DNA of 64,000 nt from Verrucomicrobiales bacterium (GTDB lineage Bacteria > Verrucomicrobiota > Verrucomicrobiia > Methylacidiphilales > JAAUTS01): assembly GCA_031256975.1 (NCBI GenBank), contig JAIRPN010000002.1, positions 4,837 to 68,836 of the forward strand. The letters run 5' to 3'. Both the position numbers and the translations under genes were made by a program. The notes beneath the pieces are model-generated. The model was not told the DNA's origin. It made no database searches and worked only from the letters and a program-made list of their open reading frames with translations. This document shows, one piece after another, positions 54,315 through 64,000 of the stretch. Every line of letters begins with the position of its first letter. Position 1 is the first letter of the stretch.

Positions 54315-54923
54315 TCAATCCTTGTAATGCACGTCGCAACCGTACGACTTGCTGTACTGGAGCGACACCGATTTGCCTGCCATTGATTCGGTCAACGCGG
54401 CTGAGACATAATTTTGCGCCTTGGCGATGTCGGCCAGATCGGTGGAGCGGATGGAATCAATCGCCCCACTGTAGATCAACACGCCGTCCGTGCGGATCAC
54501 AAACATGTCAGGCGTGGTCTTGGCGTCGAACAAATGCCCTACCGTGCCGTCCGGGTCCGGCAACACCGCGGTGGCTGCGACTTTCCTTGCCGCAACTGCC
54601 GTTTGCCACTCGGCCGGGGACATGTTGCCCTGCTGTCCGGGACCCGAGGAGCAAATCGACAGCCAGACCACTCCCTTGGCCGTCCACTCCTTCTGAAGTT
54701 TCTGCATCGTGCCGCTGTTGTAGAATTTCTGCACAAACGGGCAACCGTAGTTGGTCCATTCGAGCACCACGTATTTTCCGGCGTAATCGGAGAGCTTGTG
54801 GACTTTGCCGTTGATGTCCGTGAGGGAGAAGTCAGGCGCTTTTTGCCCGACCTTTACCGCCTGCGCGGGATCCGCCAACCACACGCTAACCACCGCCACT
54901 AAAGACAAAATGATCGTTTTCAT
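54315..54923 (-). CDS. Secreted thioredoxin/redoxin family protein
   Basis: Motifs APDFSLTD, LEWTNYGCPFV, YSGAID and YGC. Confidence 0.88.
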   Translation of the reverse strand: MKTIILSLVAVVSVWLADPAQAVKVGQKAPDFSLTDINGKVHKLSDYAGKYVVLEWTNYGCPFVQKFYNSGTMQKLQKEWTAKGVVWLSICSSGPGQQGNMSPAEWQTAVAARKVAATAVLPDPDGTVGHLFDAKTTPDMFVIRTDGVLIYSGAIDSIRSTDLADIAKAQNYVSAALTESMAGKSVSLQYSKSYGCDVHYKD

Positions 54924-55074
54924 AGTGTTAATTGGGCTTGCCCCTAATTTAGCCATTTTTGCCGGTCTTGCAAATTTCTCCGCCGCTTCCACGACCATTA
55001 GCGCCGCTGATGCTTGGACAGCTCACTTTATCATGGCAATTCCACAAGAGCATGATTATTTTGAATGATTAATT

Positions 55075-57909
55075 ATGGCCACCAAACATCCTTTTGAAAG
55101 TGCGAAGCTCAGCTTCCAGTCCAACGGTAAAGATTATTCCTATTTCTCCATTCCGGCGTTAGGCAAACAGCTTGGCGTTAGCGTCGAACGTCTGCCGGTC
55201 AGCATCCGCATCGTGCTGGAATCCGTGTTGCGCAATTGCGACGGCATCCGCGTCAGCGAACAGGCGGTCAAGGAACTCGCCAACTGGGCCCCAACCACCA
55301 CCCGTAGCGAGGAAATCCCCTTCGTGGTGGCCCGTATCGTGTTGCAAGATTTCACCGGCGTGCCGCTGCTGGTCGACCTCGCCGCCATGCGCAGCGCGGT
55401 GCACAAGCTCGGCAAGAACCCGAAAATCATCGAACCGTTGGTGCCGGTGGACCTGGTGGTCGACCACTCGGTCCAAGTCGACGTTAGCGGCAGCGCCGAT
55501 TCCTTCGCCAAGAACCTCGAGATTGAATTCCAGCGCAACCGCGAACGCTACCAGTTCCTGAAATGGGGCATGCAGGCCTTTGATACTTTCAAAGTGGTGC
55601 CTCCCGGCATCGGCATCGTGCACCAGGTCAACCTGGAATATCTCGCCAAGGGCCTTTTGAAGGACGCTAACAGCGACATCTATTATCCTGACACGCTGGT
55701 CGGCACCGACTCGCATACCACCATGATCAACGGCATCGGCATCGTCGGCTGGGGCGTCGGCGGCATCGAGGCGGAAGCGGGCATGCTCGGACAGCCCGTG
55801 TATTTCCTGACGCCCGACGTGGTCGGCGTGTATCTCACCGGCGCGTTGCGTGAAGGCGTAACCGCCACCGACCTGGCGCTCACCATCACCCAGATGCTGC
55901 GCAAAGCCAAGGTGGTCGGCAAGTTCGTTGAATTCTACGGCCCCGGCGCCACCGCATTGCCGGTCGTCGACCGCGCCACCATCGCCAATATGGCCCCCGA
56001 ATATGGCGCCACCATGGGCTTCTTCCCGATCGACGGCGAATGCACCAATTACCTGCGTGCCACCGGTCGTGACGAGGCGGACATCGCCCGTTACGAAGCT
56101 TATTATAAGGCACAGAACCTCTGGGGCATTCCGGCCAAGGGCGACATCGATTACTCGGTCAACCTCGAACTCGACCTCGCCACCGTGGTGCCGAGCGTCG
56201 CCGGACCAAAGCGTCCGCAAGATCGCATCGAACTGCCCAAGTTGAAAAATGAATTCGTCGGTTCCCTCACCAAACCGGTCACGGAAAACGGCTTCGGCAA
56301 ACAGGCCGCCGATCTCGGCAGGACTGTCGCCGTCAACGGCAACGGCGCCGCCCATCCCGGTGGCGGCAGCCAGAATCCCGAAACCTCGGTCCAGGGCATC
56401 AACCCGAAGACCGATCTTGAAATGGCCAACAACCGTCCAACCCCGGACCCGGTGACCACCGTTAGCGCCTCGGTCAACGGCCAGATCGGCCATGGCAGCG
56501 TGCTGATCGCCGCGATCACCAGTTGCACCAATACCTCGAACCCCAGCGTGATGCTGGCGGCGGGCTTGCTGGCAAAGAAGGCCGTGGAAAAAGGCCTGCG
56601 CCCGAATCCGCTGGTAAAAGCCTCGCTGGCCCCCGGCTCGCGCGTCGTGAGCGACTACCTTGCCAAGGCCGGTTTGCAAACCTATCTCGACCAGTTGAAT
56701 TTCAACCTGGTCGGTTACGGGTGCACCACCTGTATCGGCAACTCCGGACCGTTAGCGGCGCCGATCGAAGACGCCGTGGTAAAGAATGACATCGTGGCTG
56801 CCAGTGTACTGTCAGGCAACCGCAACTTCGAAGCCCGCGTGCACCAGAACATCAAGGCCAACTTCCTGATGTCACCGCCACTGGTAGTCGCCTTCGCCCT
56901 CGCCGGGCGCGTGGATATTGATTTGAGCCAGGATGCCATCGGCACCGGCTCGGACGGCAAGCCGGTTTATCTGAAGGACATCTGGCCCACGCTCGGCGAA
57001 ATCCGCGAGCAAATGCAGACCGCCCTCAAACCGGAAGTATTCCGCAAGTTGTACACCGACTTCGCCTCGCAGAATCCGAAATGGAACGAAGTCCCCTCCT
57101 CGACCGGCAATGTCTATGAATGGGATCGCAACTCGACCTACATTCAGGAACCGCCGTTCTTCGAAGGCTTCACCATGCAAGCCGGCACCATTGGCGAGAT
57201 CAAGAACGCCCGCCCGCTCGGTATCTTCGGCGATTCGGTAACCACCGACCACATCTCCCCGGCGGGTTCGATCAAGAAGACCGCCCCGGCTGGCAAATAC
57301 TTGCTGGACAATGGTGTCACCTATGAGGACTTCAACAGCTACGGTTCACGCCGTGGCAACGACCGCATCATGACCCGCGGCACCTTCGCCAACGTGCGCA
57401 TCAAGAACCTGATGCTCGGCGGCGAAGAAGGCGGCAACACCCTGTTGCAACCGGAAGGCACCAGGCTGTCGATCTACGACGCGGCGGTCGAGTACAAGAA
57501 ACGCAATACCCCGCTGGTGGTCATCGCCGGACAGGAATACGGCACCGGCAGTTCGCGTGACTGGGCCGCCAAAGGCACCAACCTGCTCGGCGTGAAAGCG
57601 GTCATTAGCGAAAGCTTCGAACGCATCCATCGCAGCAACCTGGTCGGCATGGGCGTGCTGCCCTGCTGCTTCGAGGAAGGCACCAACGCCAAGAGTCTCA
57701 AGCTCGACGGCAGCGAAACCTTCTCGATCCTCGGCATCACCGAGAACGTGAAGCCCCGCCAAAAGCTGACCTTGGAAATCAAGCGCGCCAATGGCGAAGT
57801 TCAAAACGTGCCGGTCATTCTGCGCATCGACACCCCGATCGAGGTGGAATACTACCGTCATGGCGGCATTCTGCCTTATGTGTTGCGTCAGTTGATCGCC
57901 AAGGCTTAA
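55075..57909 (+). CDS. acnA: Aconitate hydratase A
   Basis: Motifs [28 protein letters not shown] and TTDHISPAG. Confidence 0.98.
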   Translation: MATKHPFESAKLSFQSNGKDYSYFSIPALGKQLGVSVERLPVSIRIVLESVLRNCDGIRVSEQAVKELANWAPTTTRSEEIPFVVARIVLQDFTGVPLLVDLAAMRSAVHKLGKNPKIIEPLVPVDLVVDHSVQVDVSGSADSFAKNLEIEFQRNRERYQFLKWGMQAFDTFKVVPPGIGIVHQVNLEYLAKGLLKDANSDIYYPDTLVGTDSHTTMINGIGIVGWGVGGIEAEAGMLGQPVYFLTPDVVGVYLTGALREGVTATDLALTITQMLRKAKVVGKFVEFYGPGATALPVVDRATIANMAPEYGATMGFFPIDGECTNYLRATGRDEADIARYEAYYKAQNLWGIPAKGDIDYSVNLELDLATVVPSVAGPKRPQDRIELPKLKNEFVGSLTKPVTENGFGKQAADLGRTVAVNGNGAAHPGGGSQNPETSVQGINPKTDLEMANNRPTPDPVTTVSASVNGQIGHGSVLIAAITSCTNTSNPSVMLAAGLLAKKAVEKGLRPNPLVKASLAPGSRVVSDYLAKAGLQTYLDQLNFNLVGYGCTTCIGNSGPLAAPIEDAVVKNDIVAASVLSGNRNFEARVHQNIKANFLMSPPLVVAFALAGRVDIDLSQDAIGTGSDGKPVYLKDIWPTLGEIREQMQTALKPEVFRKLYTDFASQNPKWNEVPSSTGNVYEWDRNSTYIQEPPFFEGFTMQAGTIGEIKNARPLGIFGDSVTTDHISPAGSIKKTAPAGKYLLDNGVTYEDFNSYGSRRGNDRIMTRGTFANVRIKNLMLGGEEGGNTLLQPEGTRLSIYDAAVEYKKRNTPLVVIAGQEYGTGSSRDWAAKGTNLLGVKAVISESFERIHRSNLVGMGVLPCCFEEGTNAKSLKLDGSETFSILGITENVKPRQKLTLEIKRANGEVQNVPVILRIDTPIEVEYYRHGGILPYVLRQLIAKA

Positions 57910-57963
57910 AGGGAAAAGATTGGCGTCGGGGCGGTTGCTCAAAATCACCGTCCCGGCTCGCGT

Positions 57964-58191
57964 TCAGCCGTGCAAGGTTACCGACTTCCAGGTCGTGGGC
58001 TTGTTGCCACGCACCCGGGTCACCAGGCGTACCACGCCGTTCTTGTCGCGAACCTTGTAACAACCGTTCATGCAGTATGAGACCAGCTCGGCGACAAAGG
58101 TAACGGCCTTCACCTCGTTGTTGGTGTCAACGAGTTGGATCTGCTGCCGGGGCATCGGAACCGTGTTAAGTTGTTCTACTGTGTCCATCAC
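57964..58191 (-). CDS. Small hypothetical protein
   Basis: 75-aa ORF with plausible composition, filling the acnA-mscL gap. Confidence 0.5.
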   Translation of the reverse strand: MMDTVEQLNTVPMPRQQIQLVDTNNEVKAVTFVAELVSYCMNGCYKVRDKNGVVRLVTRVRGNKPTTWKSVTLHG

Positions 58192-58326
58192 AGGAAATAA
58201 ACAGCAGATTCCGTGCCTGTCAATTTAATGCGCTAAAAATCAGATTATTGACAATGGGCCGTATCCGGTGGAACCCCGCCTGTGACAAGCACTTGACTGG
58301 GACTAAAAACCCGCCAACTTATTGCC

Positions 58327-58695
58327 ATGTCCTTGTTACATGAATTTAAGCAATTTGCCCTCAAGGGAAACGCCATCGACATGGCGGTCGGTATCATCCT
58401 CGGCGCCGCGTTCAACAACGTGGTGAACTCGATTGTGCAGGACATCCTGATGCCACCGATTGGCTGGATGATCGGCGGAGTCGATTTCAAGGACCTGAAG
58501 GTCATCATCAGCCCGCTGGTGGAAAAAACCGCGACGACTCCGGCCAAACCCGAGGTTGCCATTCTCTACGGGCAATGCATCTCGATCGTCATCCAGTTCC
58601 TCATCATCGCCTTCACCGTGTTCATGGTCGTGAAAGTGATGAACAAGCTGCTTGCCGATCGCTTCGCCCCCCCGGCCGACTCCCAGCCCAAATAA
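58327..58695 (+). CDS. mscL: Large-conductance mechanosensitive channel
   Basis: Motifs EFKQFALKGNAIDMAVGIILGAAF and FLIIAF. Confidence 0.95.
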   Translation: MSLLHEFKQFALKGNAIDMAVGIILGAAFNNVVNSIVQDILMPPIGWMIGGVDFKDLKVIISPLVEKTATTPAKPEVAILYGQCISIVIQFLIIAFTVFMVVKVMNKLLADRFAPPADSQPK

Positions 58696-58710
58696 GTTTC
58701 ACCGTTGGCG

Positions 58711-59667
58711 TCAGGCGTTGCCGATCAGGATGCCGGCGAGAAATACCAGCAGCCCGCCGACAATGACCTGGAATGCGGCAGACAGGAACGGGGTGTCCAT
58801 GAAGCGCTTGCGAATCCAGGCGATCACCACCAGTTCAACCAGCACGATACCCACTGCCAAACCCGTCGCCACCCGGAAATCACTGATCATGTAAGGCAAC
58901 GTGTGGCCGAGGCCGCCCACCGCGGTCATCAATCCGCAGACGATGCCGCGGATCAACGGTTTGCCGCGGCCGGTCAATTCACCATCGTCGGAAACCGCCT
59001 CGGTGAAACCCATGCTGATGCCCGCGCCGACCGAGGCCGCCAGGCCAACCAGAAACGCGTCGTGCGAATTGTGCGTGGCGAATGCCGCGGCAAAAATCGG
59101 CGCCAGCGTCGAGACCGAACCGTCCATCAATCCCGCCAATCCCGGCTGCACCACTTGCAACACAAACAGACGGTGGCGCGTCTTCTCCTCCTCGGCCTTG
59201 GCGCCGGATTGCTCCAACGCACGGTCGAGTTGCTCGGCCAGTTCGCTGTGCTCCTGCTCTTCCTTTGCCAGTTCATTCAACAACTGGCGGATCGAGGCGT
59301 CCTTGCAATTGGCGGCGGCCTTCTCGTAATAATGCGTCGTCTCCAGTTCCATGATTTCCATCTCGCGACGGACCTGGTTCACGGTTAGCGCCTTGGACAA
59401 CCACAGCGGCTTGCGTTTGACGAAGCCCTTCACGTCCTCGCGGCGGATCAACGGGATATACTCGCCGAACTTGCTCTTGTACAACTCCAGCAAACGGTGC
59501 AGATGCCCCGCCTCCTCCTCGCGCATGCGCAGGATCGCGTCGGCGGTGGCCGGGTAATTCTCCCGCAGACGCTCGGCAAACTCGGCGTAAATCCGGCCGT
59601 CGGTCTCTTCCAATGAAATCGCCAAGGCCAAGACCTCGCGGGCGGTTAGATCCTTGAATGATTTCAT
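58711..59667 (-). CDS. mbfA: Rubrerythrin/ferritin-like plus VIT1 iron exporter
   Basis: LALAISLEE, ExxH motifs and QPGLAGLMDGSVSTLAP. Confidence 0.92.
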   Translation of the reverse strand: MKSFKDLTAREVLALAISLEETDGRIYAEFAERLRENYPATADAILRMREEEAGHLHRLLELYKSKFGEYIPLIRREDVKGFVKRKPLWLSKALTVNQVRREMEIMELETTHYYEKAAANCKDASIRQLLNELAKEEQEHSELAEQLDRALEQSGAKAEEEKTRHRLFVLQVVQPGLAGLMDGSVSTLAPIFAAAFATHNSHDAFLVGLAASVGAGISMGFTEAVSDDGELTGRGKPLIRGIVCGLMTAVGGLGHTLPYMISDFRVATGLAVGIVLVELVVIAWIRKRFMDTPFLSAAFQVIVGGLLVFLAGILIGNA

Positions 59668-59685
59668 AGTTGGCGTTCTCCCAAG

Positions 59686-60810
59686 TTACACGTTGAAGCG
59701 AAACTCCATCACGTCGCCATCCTGCACGGTGTACTCCTTGCCTTCCACCCGCAGCTTGCCCGCCTCGCGACACTTGGCCTCGCTGCCAAGCGACGCCAGA
59801 TCCTGGTAGGCCATGCATTCGGCGGCAATGAAGCCGCGCTCGAAATCCGAGTGGATCACCCCTGCCGCAGCCGGGGCCTTGTCACCCGCGTGGATGGTCC
59901 AGGCGCGGGTTTCCTTTTCACCCGTGGTAAAGTAGGTACGCAGGCCGAGCAGGTGGTAAACCGCGCGGATCAACTTGCCCACGCCGGATTCCTCGACACC
60001 CAGGTCCTGCAAGAATTCCTGCTGGTCGGCGGGCTCCAGGTCGATCAATTCCGATTCAATCTGCGCGCTGATCACCACCGCCTCCGCGCCGAAATGGCTG
60101 GCGCAGTAATCCTCCACCTGTTTCACTCGTTCGCCGACGGGACCGCCGCGCTCGCCCTTGGCCAGCGCCGCCAAATCGCCTTCCTTCACATTGCAGGCGA
60201 AGATGGTCGGCTTGTTCGATAGCATGAAGAAACCCTTGGCGATCTCCTTTTCATCGTCGCTCAATTCGCAGGTCAGCGCCGGTTTGCCCGCGTTCAAGTG
60301 CGGCTCGAGCTTCTCGATCACCGCGATTTCCGCCTTGGCCTTCTTGTCGCCGGAACGGGCGGTCTTTGACAAACGATCCTTCTGCTTGGTAATCGACCCC
60401 AAATCAGCCAGCACCAACTCGGTCAAAATCACCTCAATGTCGCGCAACGGATCAACCGAGCCGCTGACATGGTGGATATCCGCGTCCTCGAAACAGCGCA
60501 CCACCTGCACGATGGCGTCCACCTCGCGAATATGGGACAAAAACTGGTTGCCCAAGCCCTCGCCCTGGCTGGCCCCTTTCACCAATCCGGCGATATCCAC
60601 GATCTCGATCGAGGCCGGGATGATTTTCTGGGTCTTGGAAATCCCCGCCAACACCTCCAGCCGCTTGTCCGGCACCACCACGATGCCCACGTTCGGATCA
60701 ATGGTACAAAACGGATAATTCGCCGCCTGCGCCTTGCGCGTCTTGGTCACGGCGTTAAACAAGGTGCTCTTGCCGACATTCGGCAACCCGACAATTCCAG
60801 CTCTTAACAT
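59686..60810 (-). CDS. ychF: Redox-regulated ATPase YchF
   Basis: Motifs GIVGLPNVGKSTLFNA, ANYPFCTIDPN and DIAGLV. Confidence 0.97.
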   Translation of the reverse strand: MLRAGIVGLPNVGKSTLFNAVTKTRKAQAANYPFCTIDPNVGIVVVPDKRLEVLAGISKTQKIIPASIEIVDIAGLVKGASQGEGLGNQFLSHIREVDAIVQVVRCFEDADIHHVSGSVDPLRDIEVILTELVLADLGSITKQKDRLSKTARSGDKKAKAEIAVIEKLEPHLNAGKPALTCELSDDEKEIAKGFFMLSNKPTIFACNVKEGDLAALAKGERGGPVGERVKQVEDYCASHFGAEAVVISAQIESELIDLEPADQQEFLQDLGVEESGVGKLIRAVYHLLGLRTYFTTGEKETRAWTIHAGDKAPAAAGVIHSDFERGFIAAECMAYQDLASLGSEAKCREAGKLRVEGKEYTVQDGDVMEFRFNV

Positions 60811-61003
60811 GATTGGAAATATGAAAGGGATTTTCCCCCACGGGGACAAGAAGAAACATAAAACCCCCATTAGAGGAAATTCCCCATAACCGGGTCCGGG
60901 AAACACGGCAGACAGGCGGCAATGACCGTTTTACAAGAGTACACCCCCGCCCGGCCTGTTTACTCGGATCGTTCGTGGCTGCGCAATAACCGCAACCTGC
61001 CTT

Positions 61004-61201
61004 TCACTTTTCCCGCAGAGTCAGGATATCCACCTCGTCATCGTTGAACTTCCGCAGGGCATAGCTGATGCAGCGGCGGATGATGAACGATTTGCCAAGG
61101 CCGGTCTTGGTCTGGAACTCCTCGAGCAGTTCGGTTTGTTCGGTTTCCATCCGTACCGGGATGGGATTATTGGAATTTTCTACGTGTGCTTTTGTTTTCA
61201 T
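61004..61201 (-). CDS. Small ribbon-helix-helix (CopG-like) protein
   Basis: PIPVRM...ELLEEFQTKTGLGKSFIIRRCISYAL fits a beta-helix-helix pattern. Confidence 0.6.
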   Translation of the reverse strand: MKTKAHVENSNNPIPVRMETEQTELLEEFQTKTGLGKSFIIRRCISYALRKFNDDEVDILTLREK

Positions 61202-61213
61202 GGAAAAAGAAGG

Positions 61214-61340
61214 TTCACCGCAGAGGCGCGGAGGACGCCGAGTTAAGATACCTTTTAGTTGGATGCAGCCCTTGCGTAAGCTGTGTTTAAACCAAAATAA
61301 ACGGCCTCTTTCTCTGCGTTCTCCGCGTCTCTGCGGTGAA
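61214..61340. repeat. 29-bp inverted-repeat (REP/MITE-like) element built from 9-bp CGCRGAG units
   Basis: TTCACCGCAGAGGCGCGGAGGACGCCGAG ... CTCTGCGTTCTCCGCGTCTCTGCGGTGAA, 26/29 complementary, with an AT-rich spacer. Confidence 0.85.
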
Positions 61341-61349
61341 TGTGTTGCT

Positions 61350-64000
61350 TCAAAACTGGTGTCTGTAGCCAAAGTTTAATCCCCAGGGTTTGTCGTACTT
61401 GTCGCCAAAGCTGGCCTCGTAATCCAGATGTAGCTGGTTGCTGTCATCCAGTTGCCACGCCACACCCGCGCCGATGACTCCCCTTGCGCCGTCGACATTG
61501 GGCCGCCATTCGCCGCCTTCGGCACGAACTTGTCCGCCACTGCTGATTTGTTCCAGACCACCCACTTTGACGTAGGGTTGCAACCAACCCTTGTCGTTCA
61601 GCTTGATGTTTCTTCCCAATCTTGCACCGCCGTAGAATTGGATAACGTCGGTGTCACTCAGATCCACCTGCATGCCTTGGATGGTCGTGTAATTGTCGTT
61701 GGTCAGATGCACGTAACCGACTTGCAGGCTCGGCTCGGCAAACCAGCCGTCTTTGAACTGGAATTGCCGGCCGAGTTCGAGGCTCAGACCAACTCCGACA
61801 CTGTCGTAGGCTCCATGGTCTGTTCCGTCGAAACTGCTGTTGAAGTATTGGCCCTTCGCCACCGTGTCGGCGTACCAGCCATCCTTATGAATCCAGGTGC
61901 CATAGAGTCCGCCGTAACCGCTGTCGGTATTGCCGTTGTAACCGGTATGGAAATCCCGGTCGGCTCCGCCGTATCCGGCGAAGACTCCGGTGTAGAGGGT
62001 GTTGTTGTCATCCAGTAACCACGCCTTGTCGGTGCCGAGATCGACGCCGTATTGGGTTTCACGGAACCCTTTCACACCGTTGATGCCGGTATGGATATTG
62101 GCCTGTTGTCCGTAGCTTCTGACCCAGATATTTTCCACCAACCCTTCGACAAGCTCAGGGTGAGTGGAGGAGGAATGCGGCGTGTTGTAGCGCAGTTCGC
62201 CCAGGCGCTTGTTCAAGTTATCCAGTTGCGTGAACCAGAAGCCGCTCAGGGCGGCGGCGCTGTTCAGCACGGCGTCACCTTCCGGGCTGATGACGGGCGG
62301 CACGGGGCCGCCGCTGCCGGTCAGGGCCAGATACCAGTCATTCGCGCTGAGTCCCAGGGAGTCGCCGTTCAGGACGGTATAATTGTAGCGGTACATGCCG
62401 CTATCCACACCTACGCTACCGCTGAAGGCGGCGAGGCCGTCGCTGGTCTGCACCAACAGCAAGGGAGCCTCACTGCCGGTCGGGGCACCACCGCTGTTGG
62501 TGATGAGCAGATTGTGGCTGCCGCTGCTGGTTCCCTGCACTTCAATGGTGTCGGCGGTTCCGGCGGCGATGTCGGTGTCGATGCGGAAAACACCGTTGCC
62601 GTCAAGATTGCCGCTGATGGTGAGTTGGTGGCCGAGCAGATGAAAGTCCACCAGGCCGTTGTTGGTCAATGAAGTAATGGTCTGGTCAAAGCCGCCGAGG
62701 TTGAAGACCGCGCCGTTGTCCACGCTGACGCTGCTGTTCTGGATGGCGTCGGCGGCGGCAAGGCGCAAGGTTCCCGCCTGAATCGCGGTGCTGCCGCTGT
62801 AGGTATTGGTGGCGCTGAGCACCAGTGTGCCGTCGCCGAGCTTGGTCAGGCTGTTGCCGTCCCATGCGGAGTTGAAGGTCTCAGCGCTGCGGTCAACCAG
62901 CGGCACATCAACGGTGAACGTATCGGCCACGGTGAAGTTGCCGTGGGCGGTGGCGGTGCCGGTGTACCAGGTGAGATAAAGCCCGGCCTCGTAGTTCCTG
63001 CCGTCCGCGCTCTTGGCGACGCTGAGGGTGGCGTAATCCGCCGTGCTGGTGTCACCGCCGATGATGATATTGGCAAAGTCCCCACTGATGCCGCTGGTGG
63101 TTTGCAGGATGAGGATGCGATTATCGTCCAGCTCGCTGGCGGTCGGCGGCACGGTGCCGCTGACGCCGGTGATGTTCAGGGTGCCGCCGAGAATGGCGGT
63201 ACCGGAACTGACGTAGGCATCCGTGCGCCCTGCCGTGAGCATCACGTCGAGGGTACTGGAGGCGTTTTGCGAATAGGCGCCACCGACGTTGACCCGGCCC
63301 CAGTCGCGAACGATTAGGGCGCCGCTGCCACTGTTGCCGACATACAGATTGCCCGTGTTGTTCCAGTAACCGCTGCCGCTAACGGTCACGCTACCCTGGC
63401 TGCCAGCTTCCTTGCCGATGTAAATGTAACTGTTGGTGCTGCTGACCGAACCTTGGTCGGCAATATGCAGGTTGCCGCTGCCCGAGTGACCGACGTTCAG
63501 GTTGGCCGTGTTCCAGCAGCCACTGCCGCCGACCGTGACGCTGCCGTAACTGTTGGCACCATAGCCAATGTAGCCGGATTTGCTACTGACCGAGCCGCTA
63601 TCGGTGATGAGCAGGCTGCCACTGCCTCCATAGCCGACGATCAGGTCGAACCCGTTATTCCAGTAACCGCTGCCGCTGACGGTCACACTGCCCCGGCTGC
63701 CGCTGTCAAAGCCGACGAGACTGTTAGCACTGCCGACCAAACCGCTGTCCATGATCATCAGGCTGCCACCGCCCTGATTGCCAACATACAGGTTGCCAGA
63801 GTTATGCCAGTAACCGCTGCCGCTAACGGTCACGCTGCCCTGGCTGTTGGTGCCGTAACCGATGTAGCCGTAATTGCTGCCGACCGAGCCGCTATCCATG
63901 ATCGTCAGGCTGCCACCACCCTGGTTGCCAACATACAGGTTGGTAGTGTTATTCCAATAGCCGCTGCCGCTAATGGTCGCGCTGCCCCGGCTGTTGGTGC
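61350..64000 (-). CDS. Autotransporter (type Va) with repeat-rich passenger (partial; start lies beyond the window)
   Basis: About 50-aa G/S-rich repeats; SLTKLGDGTLVLSATNTYSG repeat; pertactin-like region; beta-barrel ending YRHQF. The frame stays open to 64000. Confidence 0.93.
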   Translation of the reverse strand, partial: TNSRGSATISGSGYWNNTTNLYVGNQGGGSLTIMDSGSVGSNYGYIGYGTNSQGSVTVSGSGYWHNSGNLYVGNQGGGSLMIMDSGLVGSANSLVGFDSGSRGSVTVSGSGYWNNGFDLIVGYGGSGSLLITDSGSVSSKSGYIGYGANSYGSVTVGGSGCWNTANLNVGHSGSGNLHIADQGSVSSTNSYIYIGKEAGSQGSVTVSGSGYWNNTGNLYVGNSGSGALIVRDWGRVNVGGAYSQNASSTLDVMLTAGRTDAYVSSGTAILGGTLNITGVSGTVPPTASELDDNRILILQTTSGISGDFANIIIGGDTSTADYATLSVAKSADGRNYEAGLYLTWYTGTATAHGNFTVADTFTVDVPLVDRSAETFNSAWDGNSLTKLGDGTLVLSATNTYSGSTAIQAGTLRLAAADAIQNSSVSVDNGAVFNLGGFDQTITSLTNNGLVDFHLLGHQLTISGNLDGNGVFRIDTDIAAGTADTIEVQGTSSGSHNLLITNSGGAPTGSEAPLLLVQTSDGLAAFSGSVGVDSGMYRYNYTVLNGDSLGLSANDWYLALTGSGGPVPPVISPEGDAVLNSAAALSGFWFTQLDNLNKRLGELRYNTPHSSSTHPELVEGLVENIWVRSYGQQANIHTGINGVKGFRETQYGVDLGTDKAWLLDDNNTLYTGVFAGYGGADRDFHTGYNGNTDSGYGGLYGTWIHKDGWYADTVAKGQYFNSSFDGTDHGAYDSVGVGLSLELGRQFQFKDGWFAEPSLQVGYVHLTNDNYTTIQGMQVDLSDTDVIQFYGGARLGRNIKLNDKGWLQPYVKVGGLEQISSGGQVRAEGGEWRPNVDGARGVIGAGVAWQLDDSNQLHLDYEASFGDKYDKPWGLNFGYRHQF
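62142..62163. repeat. REP-like palindrome inside the autotransporter CDS
   Basis: CCCTTCGACAAGCTCAGGGTGA, which reads HPELVEG in frame on the minus strand. Confidence 0.5.

Noticed and set aside
55159-56679. Long antisense ORFs (for example 506 aa opposite acnA, 368 aa opposite kdpB, 370 aa opposite the aldehyde dehydrogenase)
   Set aside because: They are shadows of GC3-biased genes on the opposite strand and show no recognisable motifs.
61202-61372. N-terminal extension of the 122-aa ORF (HSPQRRGERRER...)
   Set aside because: It is a read-through of the inverted-repeat element; the likely start is the ATG at 61201.

Overview
64 kb of mostly housekeeping bacterial chromosome at roughly 55% GC (estimated by eye). 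It is probably Verrucomicrobiota, inferred from the PEP-CTERM proteins, the short HemA and the overall protein style. From left to right: a kdpFABC-kdpD potassium uptake operon behind an unannotated c-di-AMP riboswitch and two tiny membrane peptides; yraN/rnhB; tandem GNAT acetyltransferases; a glycan-utilisation locus (SASA esterase, GH2, XylR-type regulator, GH95, PEP-CTERM protein); rbfA; a haem cluster (hemA, hemG/Y, hemE, hemH, cobA-hemD, hemC); rlmI, bcp, mpg, yggS, LysR, fur, rpsO-pnp, trmB and tRNA-Phe; an aldehyde dehydrogenase / FAD-FeS oxidoreductase / unknown kinase-like+NDT-like fusion / deoC block; an AraC-SDR-GH88-TIM-Gfo operon; a stand-alone tandem-AP2 basic protein; acnA, mscL, mbfA, ychF; and a partial autotransporter. 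The strongest unexplained signal is a non-palindromic 7-mer, RTTAGCG/CGCTAAY. I counted it about 100 times by eye, on both strands and in several reading frames, often using rare Leu codons. It behaves like a DNA-uptake sequence or another highly iterated chromosomal motif. All counts and family calls are by eye; no searches were run.
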